A DNA stretch of 64,000 nucleotides, from the NCBI GenBank assembly GCA_035221665.1, contig CM069164.1:27590001-27654000 (forward strand), written 5' to 3'. The first letter of the stretch is position 1. Every line of letters starts with the position of its first letter. A program made the position numbers and the translations under genes. Positions 12,032 through 24,064 of the stretch are shown piece after piece. The notes under the pieces are model-generated. The model ran no database searches, had not been told where the DNA came from, and saw only the letters and a program-made list of their open reading frames with translations. The DNA comes from Okamejei kenojei (taxonomy: Eukaryota).

Positions 12032-12171
12032 TCTTCTTCTTCTTTCGTGTGGCGTGCACAGCCTAAAGTTGTTGGACAACTTGTTCTATTTGATCTTCCG
12101 TTTGTGCACGTCGAGTTGATTGCATTAGTCGAAACAGGGCGGCCCACGTGAAGGTTGCAATCTTCCACCCC
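12032..12171 (-). mobile_element. Ribozyme-headed short retroelement, copy 2
   Basis: 12-bp TSD aattattccaat (12020-12031) / aatgattccaat (12172-12183); (GAA)n tail; 5' end GGGGTGG. Confidence 0.92.
12118..12171 (-). ncRNA. HDV-like ribozyme motif
   Basis: GGGGUGG-AA-GAUUGCA-ACC-UUCACGU-GGG-CCGCCCU-GUUUCGA-CUAA-UGCAAUC; one P3 mismatch. Confidence 0.75.
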
Positions 12172-12307
12172 AATGATTCCAATAAGGCCACAAGGCCATA
12201 AGATATCTTGGTTCTTGGTTACTTGGTCCTCCAAAATATTCCAACTGGAATTTAAACTGGAGGTGGTGAAGGGAGGGGTTTAGCCAGAGAGGGTTATTGG
12301 GAAGAAT

Positions 12308-12630
12308 ATAGGAGCAGAATTAGGCCTTTCTGCCCATCGAGTATACTCTACCATTCAATTATGGCTGATCTCTCATCCCCATTCTCCTGCCTTCTCCCTG
12401 TGACTTTTGATGCCCTTCCAAATCAAGAACCTATCAGTCTCCACTTTAAAAAGACAATAGACAATAGGTACAGGAGTAGGCCATTCAGCCCTTCGAGCCA
12501 GCATCGCCATTCAATGTGATCATGGCTTTACAAATACCCATTGTCATGGCCTCCACAGCCGTTTGTGGCAATGGATTCCACAGATTCACCACTTGCTCGC
12601 TAAAGAAATTCCTCCTCATCTCCATTCTCA
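12308..12630 (-). mobile_element. CR1 3' fragment with a nested younger CR1 tail (about 12454-12526)
   Basis: MRRNFFSEQVVNLWNPLPQTAVEA on the minus strand; (gacaata)n tail inserted internally. Confidence 0.8.
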
Positions 12631-12756
12631 AATAAGGCAAAAATATCCAAGCAGACATGAGGATTTTCATATGCTTATTTAAAAAAAAAAACAATAATCA
12701 GCGGGTCAGACATCTATATATCATTTGGGAAATTTAGACCTCAGACATTAGATTCT

Positions 12757-13043
12757 CGAGATACAGCACGGAAACAGGCCCTTCGGCCCACCCAGTCCAT
12801 GCCAACCAGCAGTCCCCGAACACGACTCTCCTTACTACTAGGGACAAATTACAATTTTACGGAAGCCAATTAACTTACAACTATGTATGTCCTTGAAATG
12901 TGGGACAAAGCTGGAGCATCTGGAGAAACCCCACACAGTTACAGGGGGAACGTACAAACTCAGTCCAGACATCACCCGTAGTCAGGATCGAACCCGGGTC
13001 TCTGGCGCTGTGAGGCAGCAACTCTACCGTTGCGCCACCGTGT
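12757..13043 (-). mobile_element. V-SINE
   Basis: Head, box B, V-domain, tail. Confidence 0.88.
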
Positions 13044-13391
13044 TGCAGTGTTTTAATACCTGTTAAGAAAATTTTATCCAGAAATGCATTTTTGAATGGC
13101 TCGTTACTTCGTACGTACAGAATCTTTTTTTTTTAAACTTAATTGTGCACTTTTGAATACGTTTTTGGGGTTTTTTACAGGAATACAGTTTTGTAAAATG
13201 CTGCTCGATCGCACAATCTAAAGGGAAAAGTTAGTTATAGAGCCAAATGTTATGTCATGATAGCACAGCTGTAATAACAGAAATTAATAAATTAAAAATT
13301 TAAGAGGAGCAATCTCGCCAATTTGTTTTGAACAACAATAGATGGAGAGAATGTACGTGCAGTTTGGAGTGAGCTAGTAAGTACGAAGTAG

Positions 13392-13539
13392 TGTTTAAGA
13401 AGGAACTGCAGATGCTGGAAAATCGAAGGTAGACAGAAAGGCTGGAGAAACTCAGCGGGTGACGCAGCATCTATGGAGCGATGCTTCACTCCATAGATGC
13501 TGCCTCACCCGCTGAGTTTCTCCAGCATTTTCGTCTACC
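13392..13539. mobile_element. PLE 3'-end foldback (subfamily B) with 14-bp TSD
   Basis: TSD taagtacgaagtag / taagtatgaagtag; inverted arms meet at about 13480. Confidence 0.9.
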
Positions 13540-14377
13540 TAAGTATGAAGTAGGCTGTTTTCATATCAGGTGACCCTAAAGCATTAATGATCCAGATAAA
13601 TATACATGTTCCAGTTAATCATTACCTCTCGTGTGTATATGCTTTTATTTTTAATTGCTGTCTCTGATTCTTCTGACTGCACAGTTGTAGTCCTCGGAAA
13701 AAAATAAATGCAAAACCGGGGAAGGAGGCTGAAGACTTAATCAGCTCTGTTAATTGGAGTTTTAAAATGGTGTTCAGTCAATTAAGCCTTTCTTTGTTCT
13801 TACCCCATAAAGTAAATAACTAATTAATAGCCATCACTCAGTTGTATATCACCGCACACTTAGAACGCATAAAATGGTGCACAAAATAGCATTCTAGTTG
13901 CTGGTCTGCACTCTGTGGAATTGATGTTCAAAATTAAGAAACAACCTTACTGTGGTTGTGTCTTTCCACTCCAGCAGGACAGAGGTGTGAAGCTGGTTAT
14001 TTTGTTATGCATATACATTAAGCATTTATCAACAAATACTGGCAATAGTCATTATCAGAGTGTTCCACGTTAATATATTTTGCACGTGAAACTAATATGC
14101 CTATTATACATGTATAAAAACATGAGTCACTACACAAACCGTTCCACCCCGCCCACCCTCCCACTGCCTGGGAATCGACAATGAAGGTGAAGACTTTAGC
14201 TCTGGATATCTAACACAAACAGAACAGTAAAAATCCCCCCTTTCCCTCCCTCGGCATCTCTCCACCACATCGCTCTCACGACAAGACATATTCAAGATGT
14301 GGAATCGCTGTAGGTTCCTTAAAATGTGGAGATGACCTCTTTGGAGATGTGATCATCTGGCACATAACTGCTGCCAA

Positions 14378-14575
14378 GGGTGGCACAGGGGCACAGCTGG
14401 TCGAGCTGCCGCCTAACAGCTCCAGAGATCCAGGTTCGATCCTGACCTCGGGTGCTGTCTGTATGGAGTTTGCTGGTCCCCCGTGTGACCCCAATTTGGT
14501 TCCTCCGGTTTAATCCCGCATCCCAAAGATGGGAAGGATTGTAAATTGCCTCTACTCTGTAGAGAGTGGATAGAA
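14378..14575 (+). mobile_element. Older V-SINE
   Basis: gggtggcacaggggcacagc..caggttcgatcctgacc..catcccaaagat. Confidence 0.8.
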
Positions 14576-14587
14576 AATTTGGATATC

Positions 14588-15845
14588 AATAGACAATAGA
14601 CAATAGGTGCAGGAGTAGGCCATTCGGCCCTTTGAGCCAGCACCGCCATTCAATGTGATCATGGCTGATCATCCCCAATCAGTAACCCGTTCCTGCCTTC
14701 TCCCCATATCCCCTGACTCCGCTATTTTTAAGAGCCCTATCTAGCTCTCTCTTGAAAGCATCCAAAGAACCTGCCTCCACGGCCCTCTGAGGCAGAGAAT
14801 TCCACAGACTCACCACTCTCTGTGTGAAAAAGCATTTCCTGGTCTCCGTTCTAAATGGCTTACTCCTTATTCTTAAACTGTGGTCCCTGGTTCTGGACTC
14901 CCCCAACATCGGGAACGTGTTTCCTGCCTCTAGCGTCTCCAAGCCCTTAACAATCTTATATGTTTCAATGAGATGCCCTCTCATCCTTCTAAACTCCAGA
15001 GTGTACAAGCCCAGCTGCTCCATTCTTCAGCATATGACAGTCCCGCCATCCCGGGAATTAATCTTGTAAACCTATGCTGCACTCCCCCAATAGCAGGAAT
15101 GTCCTTCCTCAAATTAGGGGACCAAAACTGCACATAATACTCCAGGTGTGGTCTCACTAGGGCTCTGTACAACTGTAGAAGGACCTCTTTGCTCCTATAT
15201 TCGATTCCTCTTGTTAAAAAGGCCAACATGCCATTCGCTTTCTTCACTGTCTGCTGTACCTGCATGCTTACTTTCATAGGCTGATGTACAAGGACCTCCA
15301 GATCCAGAAGGGTTTCGGCCCGAAACGTTGCCTATCTCCTTCGCTCCATAGATGCTGCTGCACCCGCTCAGTTTCTCCAGCATATTGTGCACCCTCCAGA
15401 TCCTGTTGTACTTCCCCTTTTCCCAACTTGACGCCATTTAGATAATAATCTGCCTTCCTGGTTTTGCTACCAAAGTGGATAACCTCACATTTATCCACAT
15501 TAAACTTCATCTGCCGTGCATCTGCCCACTCCCCCAAGTCTCCCTACATTCTCATATCATCCTCCTCACAGTTCACACTGCCACCCAGCTTTGTGTCATC
15601 TGCAAATTTGATAATGTTACTTTGAATCCCTTCATCCAAATCATTGATGTATATTGTAAATAGCTGCGGTCCCAGCACCGAGCCTTGCAGTACCCCACTA
15701 GTTACTGCCTGCCGTTCTGAAAGGGACACGTTAATCCCTAATCTTTGTTTCCTGTCTGCCAACCACTTCTCTATCCATGTCAGCACTCAACCCCCAATAC
15801 CATGTGCCCTCATTTTGCCCACAAAATACTTCTATGTGGGACCTT
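14588..15845 (-). mobile_element. CR1 (HER1-like) LINE, 5'-truncated, RT to 3' end, frameshifted
   Basis: SGVLQGSVLGPQLFTIYINDLD..KFADDTKL, KKANGMLAF..RPHLEYYVQFWSP, LWNSLPQRAVEA; tail (tctattg)n. Confidence 0.95.
15306..15392 (+). mobile_element. PLE 3' fragment nested in CR1
   Basis: 11-bp TSD cctccagatcc at 15295-15305 and 15393-15403. Confidence 0.85.
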
Positions 15846-16649
15846 TGAACTAATGCGAACGGGTGATTATTTGAACAATGAACAATGGATATTTATGGTC
15901 ACATATGCAATTAAACATTACAAAGTGAAATTCATAATGCATGTTCGGCGCCATTTCATCAAGTTCCAAGTCCAGGCCTGGCGAGGATAGCCGTGGTGTC
16001 CTCGGCCGCTGGTCCACCCCTGTTGGCCGCGTCCAGCCCAAACGCTTGACCTCTTTGATCGGTTATTACAAAATCTACTTTCTTCAAGTGCTTCCGTCCG
16101 AATCCTTTAGACTTGTGTCATTAGTTTATGCTTCTTCTTATCGAGTCCACAGACACACACACACACACACACAGGATTTGATGTTATTCAGCCGGAGCTG
16201 AACACACTTCCCGGCGTCTGCATACAACGGTGTCTGTCTTGCGCGCGGCGGTGGAAATATTGGTGGAAAGAGGGCCGCGACGTGAACGCTCTTTCCTTGA
16301 CCACAGTTCATGCTGAAATGAAGCAGCGTTTGTAAGATGTGTGACCCAACGTTAATTTGCTGCTCGGAATTATTAGGCAGGCACCAGTTCTCGGTTTGAA
16401 TTCCCTATTTGCTGGGAGACAATTTATTTTCTTCTAAAAGAAGAAAAACTAATTGATTCTTTTTCCCCTCCGCATAATAGGTAATCTGTCACTGCTGAAG
16501 TGAAGAAGATTCAAAATAGAAAGCAAGATAATTAATTCCCAAATGGCAACGTGGAGAGTGCTTTTTGACAAAACCGAGAAAATGGCTTTTCTTGTTGGTG
16601 TAAGTTATGATTTTCGTGCTCAAGATATTGGCAACGCAGCATATAATGG

Positions 16650-16962
16650 ATCGCGGCGTTGTGGCGCAGCGGTTGAGCTAATGCCTCGCAGCGCCAGAGA
16701 CCCGGGTTTGATCCTGACTACGGGTACTGTCTGTACGGAGTTTGCTCACTCTCCCCGTGACCGTGTGCGTTTTCCCCGGGATCTCCGTTTTCCTCCCACA
16801 CTCCAAAGACGTACAGGTTTGTAGGTTAATTGGCTTGGTATAAATGTAAATTGTCCCTAGTGTGGGCAGGGTATCGTTAATGTGCAGAGATCGCTGGTCG
16901 GCGCGGACTCAGTGGGTCAAAGGCCCTGTTTCTGTGCTGTATCTCTAGACTTGACCAAACTA
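16650..16962 (+). mobile_element. V-SINE
   Basis: Full head-to-tail copy. Confidence 0.9.
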
Positions 16963-17902
16963 AGAAAGTTAGCTTTGCCCCAGAACACAGAAGGTCCTCA
17001 GGGCTTTAATACATAGACATAGAACATAGAAAATAGGTGCAGGAGTAGGTCATTATACCCTTCGAGCCAGCACCTCCATTCAATATGATCATGGCTGATC
17101 TTCAAAAATCAATACTCCGTTACTCTTTTCTCCCCATATCCCTTGAGTCCATTAGCCCAAAGAGCTATAGCTATCTATTGAATATATCCCATGACTTGTC
17201 CTTGTGGAACTTATTTTTAAATTGTGTTGAAAAGTCTGTGACACTAAAAACGTGACATGTCTTTTGAAGAAGTGCATAGGACAATTAATATTTGGGAACA
17301 TTTTTGTAGATGCCATGAAGTATGGAAATACCATGGTGACAACTCTTCAAAATTATAGCATTATTCTTGTTTAGATTTTTGGCATATTCAAACTTTTCTA
17401 AATAACATTTTCTTCTTAAGGTTCCCCATGCTATTAGTAATGAGCTTAGATGCTGTTTACCAAGTATTGGAAGATGTCATGTTTGGAGGGTCTTATAAAG
17501 TAAACCATCTGAGTGCAGGTCTCAATGTCATCTTCCAGAGCTGACATTGGCCATTTGGTCCACACCAAATTTTGCATATTGGCAGGCTACGAGGCAGTGG
17601 TCAGTGACTTGTATAGACTGATCTTAATCTAGTCAGAGCATTCAATAGAAAATGCCCAAGAGAGCAACGAGGATTAAGACGACTCCACAAGGCAGAAAGT
17701 GCTGAAGTAACTCAGTGGGTCGTGAACAAAGATCAGAGTTAGGAGTTTGAATCCTTTTATAGCGCGGATATTTAAATTTCATTGGAAAAAAATGGGATTA
17801 TAATAACTATAATTCAGAGCAGTGACCAGGAAGCCACTTGTTCAAAAATCAAATTAAACTTTACTCAGGATAACAAATATGTACAAAACAAAAACTGTTC
17901 AA

Positions 17903-18390
17903 AAGATGGACACAGAATGCTGGAGTCAAGGGCCTGTCCCACTTTCACGACTTAATTCACAACCTTTTTTACTCGTGGGCATTTTTCATCAGGCTAGAAA
18001 AAACGCCCCGACCTACTTGATGCCCGAGTACCTACGACTAGCATCACGACCTACCTACGACCTACCTACCACCTCCTACGACCTCGTGACGACCATGCTG
18101 CGAGTTTGAGTCAAGGGCAAACTCAGCAGAAGTCATGAATTAGGTCGTGAAAGTGGAACAGTCCTTTTAACTCAGCGGGACAGGCAGCATCTCTGGATAG
18201 AAGGAACGGGTGACGTTTTGGGTTGAGACCCTTCTTGAGACTCAGTCTTCATATAGACAGTCTGAAGAAGGGTCTCGACCCGAAACGTCACCCATTCCTT
18301 CTCTCCAGAGATGCTGCCTGACCCGCTGAGTTACTCCAGCTCTTTGCGTCTATCTTCGGTATAAACCAGCATCTGCAGTTCCTTTCTGCA
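17903..18390. mobile_element. PLE 3'-end foldback carrying a nested MITE
   Basis: Inverted arm split at ggag|taactc by the MITE; sense arm 18259-18390 with ctgaagaagggtctcgacccgaaacgtc. Confidence 0.85.
17928..18167. mobile_element. PIF/Harbinger-like MITE
   Basis: TIR aagggcctgtcccactttcacgac / gtcgtgaaagtggaacagtccttt; internal acgacct repeats. Confidence 0.8.
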
Positions 18391-18561
18391 TGGGCATTCT
18401 GATATAATTGTAAACTATCGTAAGAATCATGGCAGAATCCTAAACTCCCAAAAAATAAGAATTAGTTTCAAATCGACTCCATCACATTTGTTCTCCACTC
18501 TAGCGACATGCTGCTCATTATAAAATACTTTTAAACATTTAGCTTTTTTGATGGCTTAAAG

Positions 18562-18767
18562 CAAGGGTTCTCAACCTGGGGTAAATTCCCCCCCAGGGGT
18601 AAACTTCACCTACCCAGGGGGTAAATTTGTTGATTCTCATTGACTGTCTGTGTTTGGTTCAGGTAGATCTGTTCATCATTAGTTGTTCATAAATAAGTGA
18701 AATAACATTGTTATGTGCTATTAAAGTTGCCTGGGGTAAACGGGATGAAAAAGGTTGGGAACTTCTG
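18562..18767. mobile_element. hAT (Charlie-type) MITE
   Basis: TIR caagggttctcaacc / ggttgggaacttctg; 8-bp TSD gcttaaag/gcataaag. Confidence 0.85.
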
Positions 18768-19244
18768 GCATAAAGGAAGCATGTCGATATTTGAAAGTAA
18801 GAAGTAAAATAGTAAATTATTTCTTTCCTGATTTGGAAATTCCAAAGATTTAGCAAACGTTTGTAGCACTGTGGAATTCCCAAAGCCCCAACCACTGCTC
18901 TGGTTTATTTGAGCATTCCGTTTGATCTGTCACCAGCATCTGTTCCCATTTCCTCCCCTCTTTGATAGCTCAAAGCCAGTTCCTCTTGCATTTGTGTCTC
19001 GGGACGAAAGCCGCATGCTCCTGGCTTTTCTGCAGGTAGTTTGAAACACTCCCAACGAACAAGACACTGACTCGTAGCAAAACCAGAACCGCTAACAGCT
19101 CTGTCCCCCCCCCCCCCTCCACCTCATGTTAAAGCTTCTCCATCCTTCTGAAGAGAGCACTTTCTAAACACTTCCAGCAAACACTTTCTTTGTGAAGAAA
19201 AGAACAAAAATCAAAAACAGATGACGAGGAACATATAGAAAGTG

Positions 19245-19450
19245 GTCCTGAGCAGCCATCTACCTCATCGAAGACCCTCGGACTATCTTTAATTGGACGT
19301 TACCTTGCGCTAAACGTTATTCCCTTTATAATGTATCTGTACACTGTGGACGGCTCGATTGTAATCATGTATTGTCTTTCCACTGACTGGTTAGCGCGCA
19401 ACAAAAGCTTTTCACTGTACCTGGGTACACGTGGTAATAAACTAAAATAA
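19245..19450 (+). mobile_element. Rex1/Babar 3' UTR
   Basis: Matches the UTR downstream of the Rex ORF remnant at 28955-29410. Confidence 0.85.
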
Positions 19451-19666
19451 ATATCAATACCTATTAATGTTAAAAAAAAATATGAAGGGTTTCAGGGCTT
19501 TTTTTAAATAAAATTTGATTTGGACCAAAGATTATTGAAATAATAACCAGACACATCTATTTGTCTCCTTCATTTTGCATTTTCCTTTCCATAATAATTA
19601 TTTAACCACAATGACTGCACTAACCAACAGTCAATCGGACAATATATCCGACATCCCAACACTCGA

Positions 19667-20015
19667 TGGTGGCACGGTGGCGCAGCGGTAGAGCTGCTGC
19701 CTTACATCACTTGCAGTGCCCGAGTCCCGGGTTCGATCCCGACTACGGGTGCTGGCTGTACGGAGTTTGTACGTTCTCCCCATGACCTGTGTGGAGTTCT
19801 CTCAGAGATCTTTGGTTTCCCCCCACATTCCAAAGAAGTGCAGGCTTGAGAGATCTTTGGTTTCCTCCCACATTCCAAAGAAGTGCAGGTTTGTTGGATA
19901 ATTGGCTTGGTATAAATGTAAAGCTGTCCCCAGTGTGCGCAGGATAGTGTCACTGGTCGGTGCGGACTCGGTGGGCCGAAGGTTGTGTTTCCGCGCTGTG
20001 TCTCTAAACTAAACT
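19667..20015 (+). mobile_element. V-SINE with an internal ~43-bp tandem duplication
   Basis: agagatctttggtttcc..ccaaagaagtgcagg repeated at about 19805 and 19848. Confidence 0.9.
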
Positions 20016-20029
20016 CACCGCATATTTGA

Positions 20030-20430
20030 GGTCGCCCTTTCTTGCTCCGGGATCATTGGCAAGTCATCTTAAATCAGTCTCAACTGACGAGATCTTCCCG
20101 ACTGTGGAAGTAAGTGCTCCCATAATCAAGTATGAAAGCCGTTCCCAATTATCAACACTGCCATTAAATCTCGAAGGGGAACAAACTGCACTTTTCCGGT
20201 CACTCCAGAGAATAATTCTGCGGTATTTGAGGAATCTGCACTGCATCGTCGACAAGGCTTTGAAGTGGCTTCTTAGGTGATGTTGCCAGAACGGGACTCT
20301 TGTTGAGTTCTAATCCATCGATGTGTAAATATTTAGGCATGCTTCTTTCCTCTTGTATATTGTTGTTCATACATCCAAGCATCCAATACGCTTTCTTAAC
20401 GATCCGTGTCCTGTCACCTCCAAAGGTTTG
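20030..20430 (-). mobile_element. Ancient CR1 ORF2 remnant
   Basis: Minus strand VKKAYWMLGCMNNNIQ resembles CR1 VKKAxGMLxFIxRGIE; ttctggcaacatcacctaagaag resembles FWSPHLRKD. Confidence 0.55.
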
Positions 20431-20966
20431 TATACGTAAACTCTCCCCCTCACTTCATGCTGTCTCTATTTGTTTGTATTTTTGAGATAAATTTATTGAA
20501 ACCTCGTGTAGGAAGGAACTGCAGATGCTGGTTTACATTGAAGATAGACGCAAAATGTCGATGTAACTCAGCGGGACAGGCAGCATCTCTGGAGAGAAGG
20601 AATGGGTGACGTTTCGGGTCGAGACCCTTCTTCAGAAGAGTCTCGGTGGAGTCCCACCTGCAGCATTTGGTCCATATCCCTCCAAACATGTCCTATCCAT
20701 GTACCATGTACCTTTGTGCATATTTTCTGGCTAAGTTTCTCTAACTGTTATATTCACTTTACTTGGCAATATATATTGGACTCTATTTAATATCAATGCT
20801 CTAGCCAGCCAAGGCAGATGCAATTATGTAGAGACAATTGCCCCACCTATCTCCTATTCCTCTTTATGATGGCTAGCCTACCCCTATGCTCGTAATCCTG
20901 ATGTAGGCTCACAACCCAAAACACCAACAAATCCTTTCCCTCTCCAGATCCTGCCTAACCCGCTAA

Positions 20967-21208
20967 GTTTAATTTAGTTTAGAGATGCAGCGCAGAAACA
21001 GGCCCTTTGGCCCACCAACTCTGTGCCGACCAGCCACCCCTGTACACTAGCACATATCCCACACACTAGGGACAATTTACCAAAGCCAATTAACCTACAA
21101 ACCTGCACGTCTTTGGAATGTGGGAGGTAACCGGAGCACCTGGAGAAAACCCACGCGGTCATGATTGAACCCGGGTCTCTGGCGCTGGAAAGCAGCGACA
21201 CTACCCCT
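20967..21208 (-). mobile_element. V-SINE with an internal deletion
   Basis: Tail, V-domain, partial head. Confidence 0.85.
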
Positions 21209-21649
21209 GTGTTCCTCCAGCAGTTTGTTTTTACACTAAAGATGATTAACTAATTCCCTTGCCAACAGTGCATGATGATCTCACTGCTATAAGTGACTTG
21301 GACTGAATTAATACGTGTCGCATATTTATTCATATTTTATGGAGAAATTATTTTGCCGGGTGAATTTTCTGCGTCTGCCTCAGTTCAAATAGAATCTGTT
21401 TTCCCATCAGAGTGCATTTGCTTGTTATACAATAGACCACTCATTCTGAGTCACACACTTCATCCCACCCCAGTTCATCAGCACACCGCACGATGACACA
21501 TTGATTATATTGTTAATAAATACTTTAATGATTGGCCATGGAATTCAATAATTCTCGTAGGTAATGCTCGGCTGCCATGTAAATCATGTATTTGTATTTT
21601 CAGGCAGTCCCAGGAGTGAGGGATGACTTGCTTTCATTTCGATTTGGGT

Positions 21650-22160
21650 ACAGTCTCTTCCCAGCTGTTATCAAGCAACTGCATCATCCTGCCACAGCCA
21701 GAGAGCAGTGCTGAACTACTATCTATCTCTTTGGTAACCCTTGGACTATCCTCCAATTTCAGGTAGTCCTTGCTTTTTCCCTCTTTCCCCTCCCCTTCCC
21801 AGCTCTCCCACGGCCCACTGTCTTCGCCTCCTCCTTTCTTCTTTCCGCCCCGTGCACCCCCACATCAGTCCGATGAAGGGTCTCGACCCAAAACGTCACC
21901 TATTCCTTCGCTCCGTAGATGCTGCCTCACCCGCTGAGTCTTTCCAGCTTTTTTGTCCACCTTGAACTATACTTGATCAGACTTTGCTGACTTTACTTTA
22001 CACTAAAAGTTATTCCCTTATCATGTATCTGTACACTGTAAATGGATCGATTGTAAACATGTATTGTCTTTCCGCTGACAGGATAGCGCGCAACAAAAGC
22101 TTTTCACTGCACCTCGGTACACGTGACAATAGACTGAACTAAACTGAAATTGAACTGAAC
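21650..22160 (+). mobile_element. Rex1/Babar 3' end interrupted by a PLE (about 21751-21959)
   Basis: Rex UTR resumes after the PLE; ccttg(g/a)actat duplicated. Confidence 0.85.
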
Positions 22161-22879
22161 TTTGATTCGCTGGGTCCTGAGATTCCTGAATAAAACTAAT
22201 AGGATCCTGTAGACTCTGCCACAAATGGGTCATGTGGGTGACAGGTGATGTTTAAGGGGCAGGTGGATAGGTTTCTTGTTACATCCGTCTATTTGCATTT
22301 GACCTTTGTATACTCTGATGGGAGTGACTCACAGTTTTCAGCGTCAGCCCACAACCTCCGCATTTTGAGGGTCAGAGACGAAGATTTCTCATGACACGGG
22401 CGACACGGTGGCGCAGCGGAAGAGTTGCTGTCTCACAGCTCCAGGAGCACCCGGAGAAAACCCATGCGGTCACTGGGAGACCGTGTAAACTCCGAACTGA
22501 CCGCACCCATAGTCAGGATCGAACCCGGGTTTCTGGCGCTGTAAGGCAGCTAATGTACTGCTGCGCCACCGTGCCATCTTAAATAAACAATTAATTGGCA
22601 AAATAATTTGCTTCATCAATTGACTTTTAATTGACTTTGGCCAATTTGGGCAGGTCAAATAAAAATCTGTCTGTTGCCATGAAGCATTAACAATAATCAA
22701 TTATCAAATGCTGACGCTGGCAGTTTTACAAGATGTTTAGAATGCAGTGTCCAAACTAGGCAAATATTAGGATAGAAACCTCTTCCAAGACACCAGACGT
22801 TCAGTTTAGTTTAGTTTCTTTTCATTGTGACGTGTACTGAGGTACAGTGAAAAGCTTTTAGTTTTTTAATTTTTAGTTT

Positions 22880-23657
22880 TTTGAAACAACGCGGAAACCA
22901 GCACCGACCAGCGATCCCCGCACATTAACACTATCCTACACACACTAGGGACAATTTCCAGGCATTCGCGCTCTCTCTCTATCCCTTCCCTCGCCGAGTC
23001 GCACTAGCTTCTCGTTTTCACCCAACAAACAGCTAACAATGGGTTACACAAAAAGCTGGAGAAACTCAGCGGGTGCAGCAGCATCTAAGGAGCGAAGTAG
23101 ATAGGCGACGTTTCGGGTCGACCCGAAACGTCGCCTCTCTCCTTCGCTCCTTAGATGCTGCTGCACCCGCTGAGTTTCTCCAGCTTTTTGTGTAACCCTC
23201 GATTCTCCAGCATCTGCAGTTCCTTCTTTAACAAACAGCTAACAATGGCCCGTTTCCTTAATCATTGTTGCTTTTTTGCATATCTTTCATTCATTGTTCT
23301 TTATCACTCTACATCACCGTCTATATCTCTCGTTTCTCTTATCTCTAACCAGTCTGAAGAAGCGTCTCAATCTGAAACATCACCCATTCCTTCTCTCCAG
23401 AGACGCTGCCTGTCCCGCTGAGTTACTCCAGCTTTTTCTGTCTATCTTAGGGACAATTTACATTCACACCAAGCCAATTAACCTGCAGACCTGGACGTCT
23501 TTGGAGTGTGGGAGGAAACCGAAGATCTCGGAGAAAACCCACGCAGGTCACGGGGAGAACGTACAAACTCCGTACAGACAGCACCCGGATCAAACTCAGG
23601 TCTCCAGCGCTGCAAGCGCTGTAAGGCAGCAACTCTACCACTGCGCCACCGTGCTAC
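22880..23657 (-). mobile_element. V-SINE split by nested PLEs
   Basis: 12-bp TSD tagggacaattt at 22946-22957 and 23448-23459. Confidence 0.85.
22958..23447 (+). mobile_element. PLE 3' UTR (subfamily A) containing a subfamily B foldback at about 23043-23229
   Basis: Inner element flanked by 19-bp TSD aacaaacagctaacaatgg (23024-23042, 23230-23248). Confidence 0.9.
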
Positions 23658-24064
23658 CCTTTTATTTGTGTGCTATCCAGTCAAAGAAAATACTATCCAT
23701 TAATACTATCAAGTGCATGAATAAAGGACACAGATATGACGATAACTGTGCAACATTGTAATAATGTCTAGCTTGCAGAAGATTAACTCCATTATATGAT
23801 CCCAAAAAAATCAAACAACGTTTTAGAACATGGAACAGTATCGCACAAGAACAGGGTCCTCAGTCCTCAATGCTGAACATGACGCCAAAATAAACCAATG
23901 TCATCCCCCTGCATATGATCCATATCCTTCCAATCCCTGCATATCCACGTGCCTATCTAAAAGCCTCTTAAACACTGCTATCATATTTTATGCAATGCAA
24001 ATAAAAAAATCTGTTGTTTAGATTATATGGTTTCTACAAAAATCATAAAAAATTATTAATCTAA

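Noticed and set aside
16650-16730. tRNA genes at V-SINE heads
   Set aside because: Box A/B are present but there is no complete cloverleaf and each continues into the V-domain; these are SINE heads.
20013-20430. Minus-strand exon ending at a gtgagt donor
   Set aside because: The donor is formed by the V-SINE tail junction and the upstream sequence is better explained as decayed CR1.
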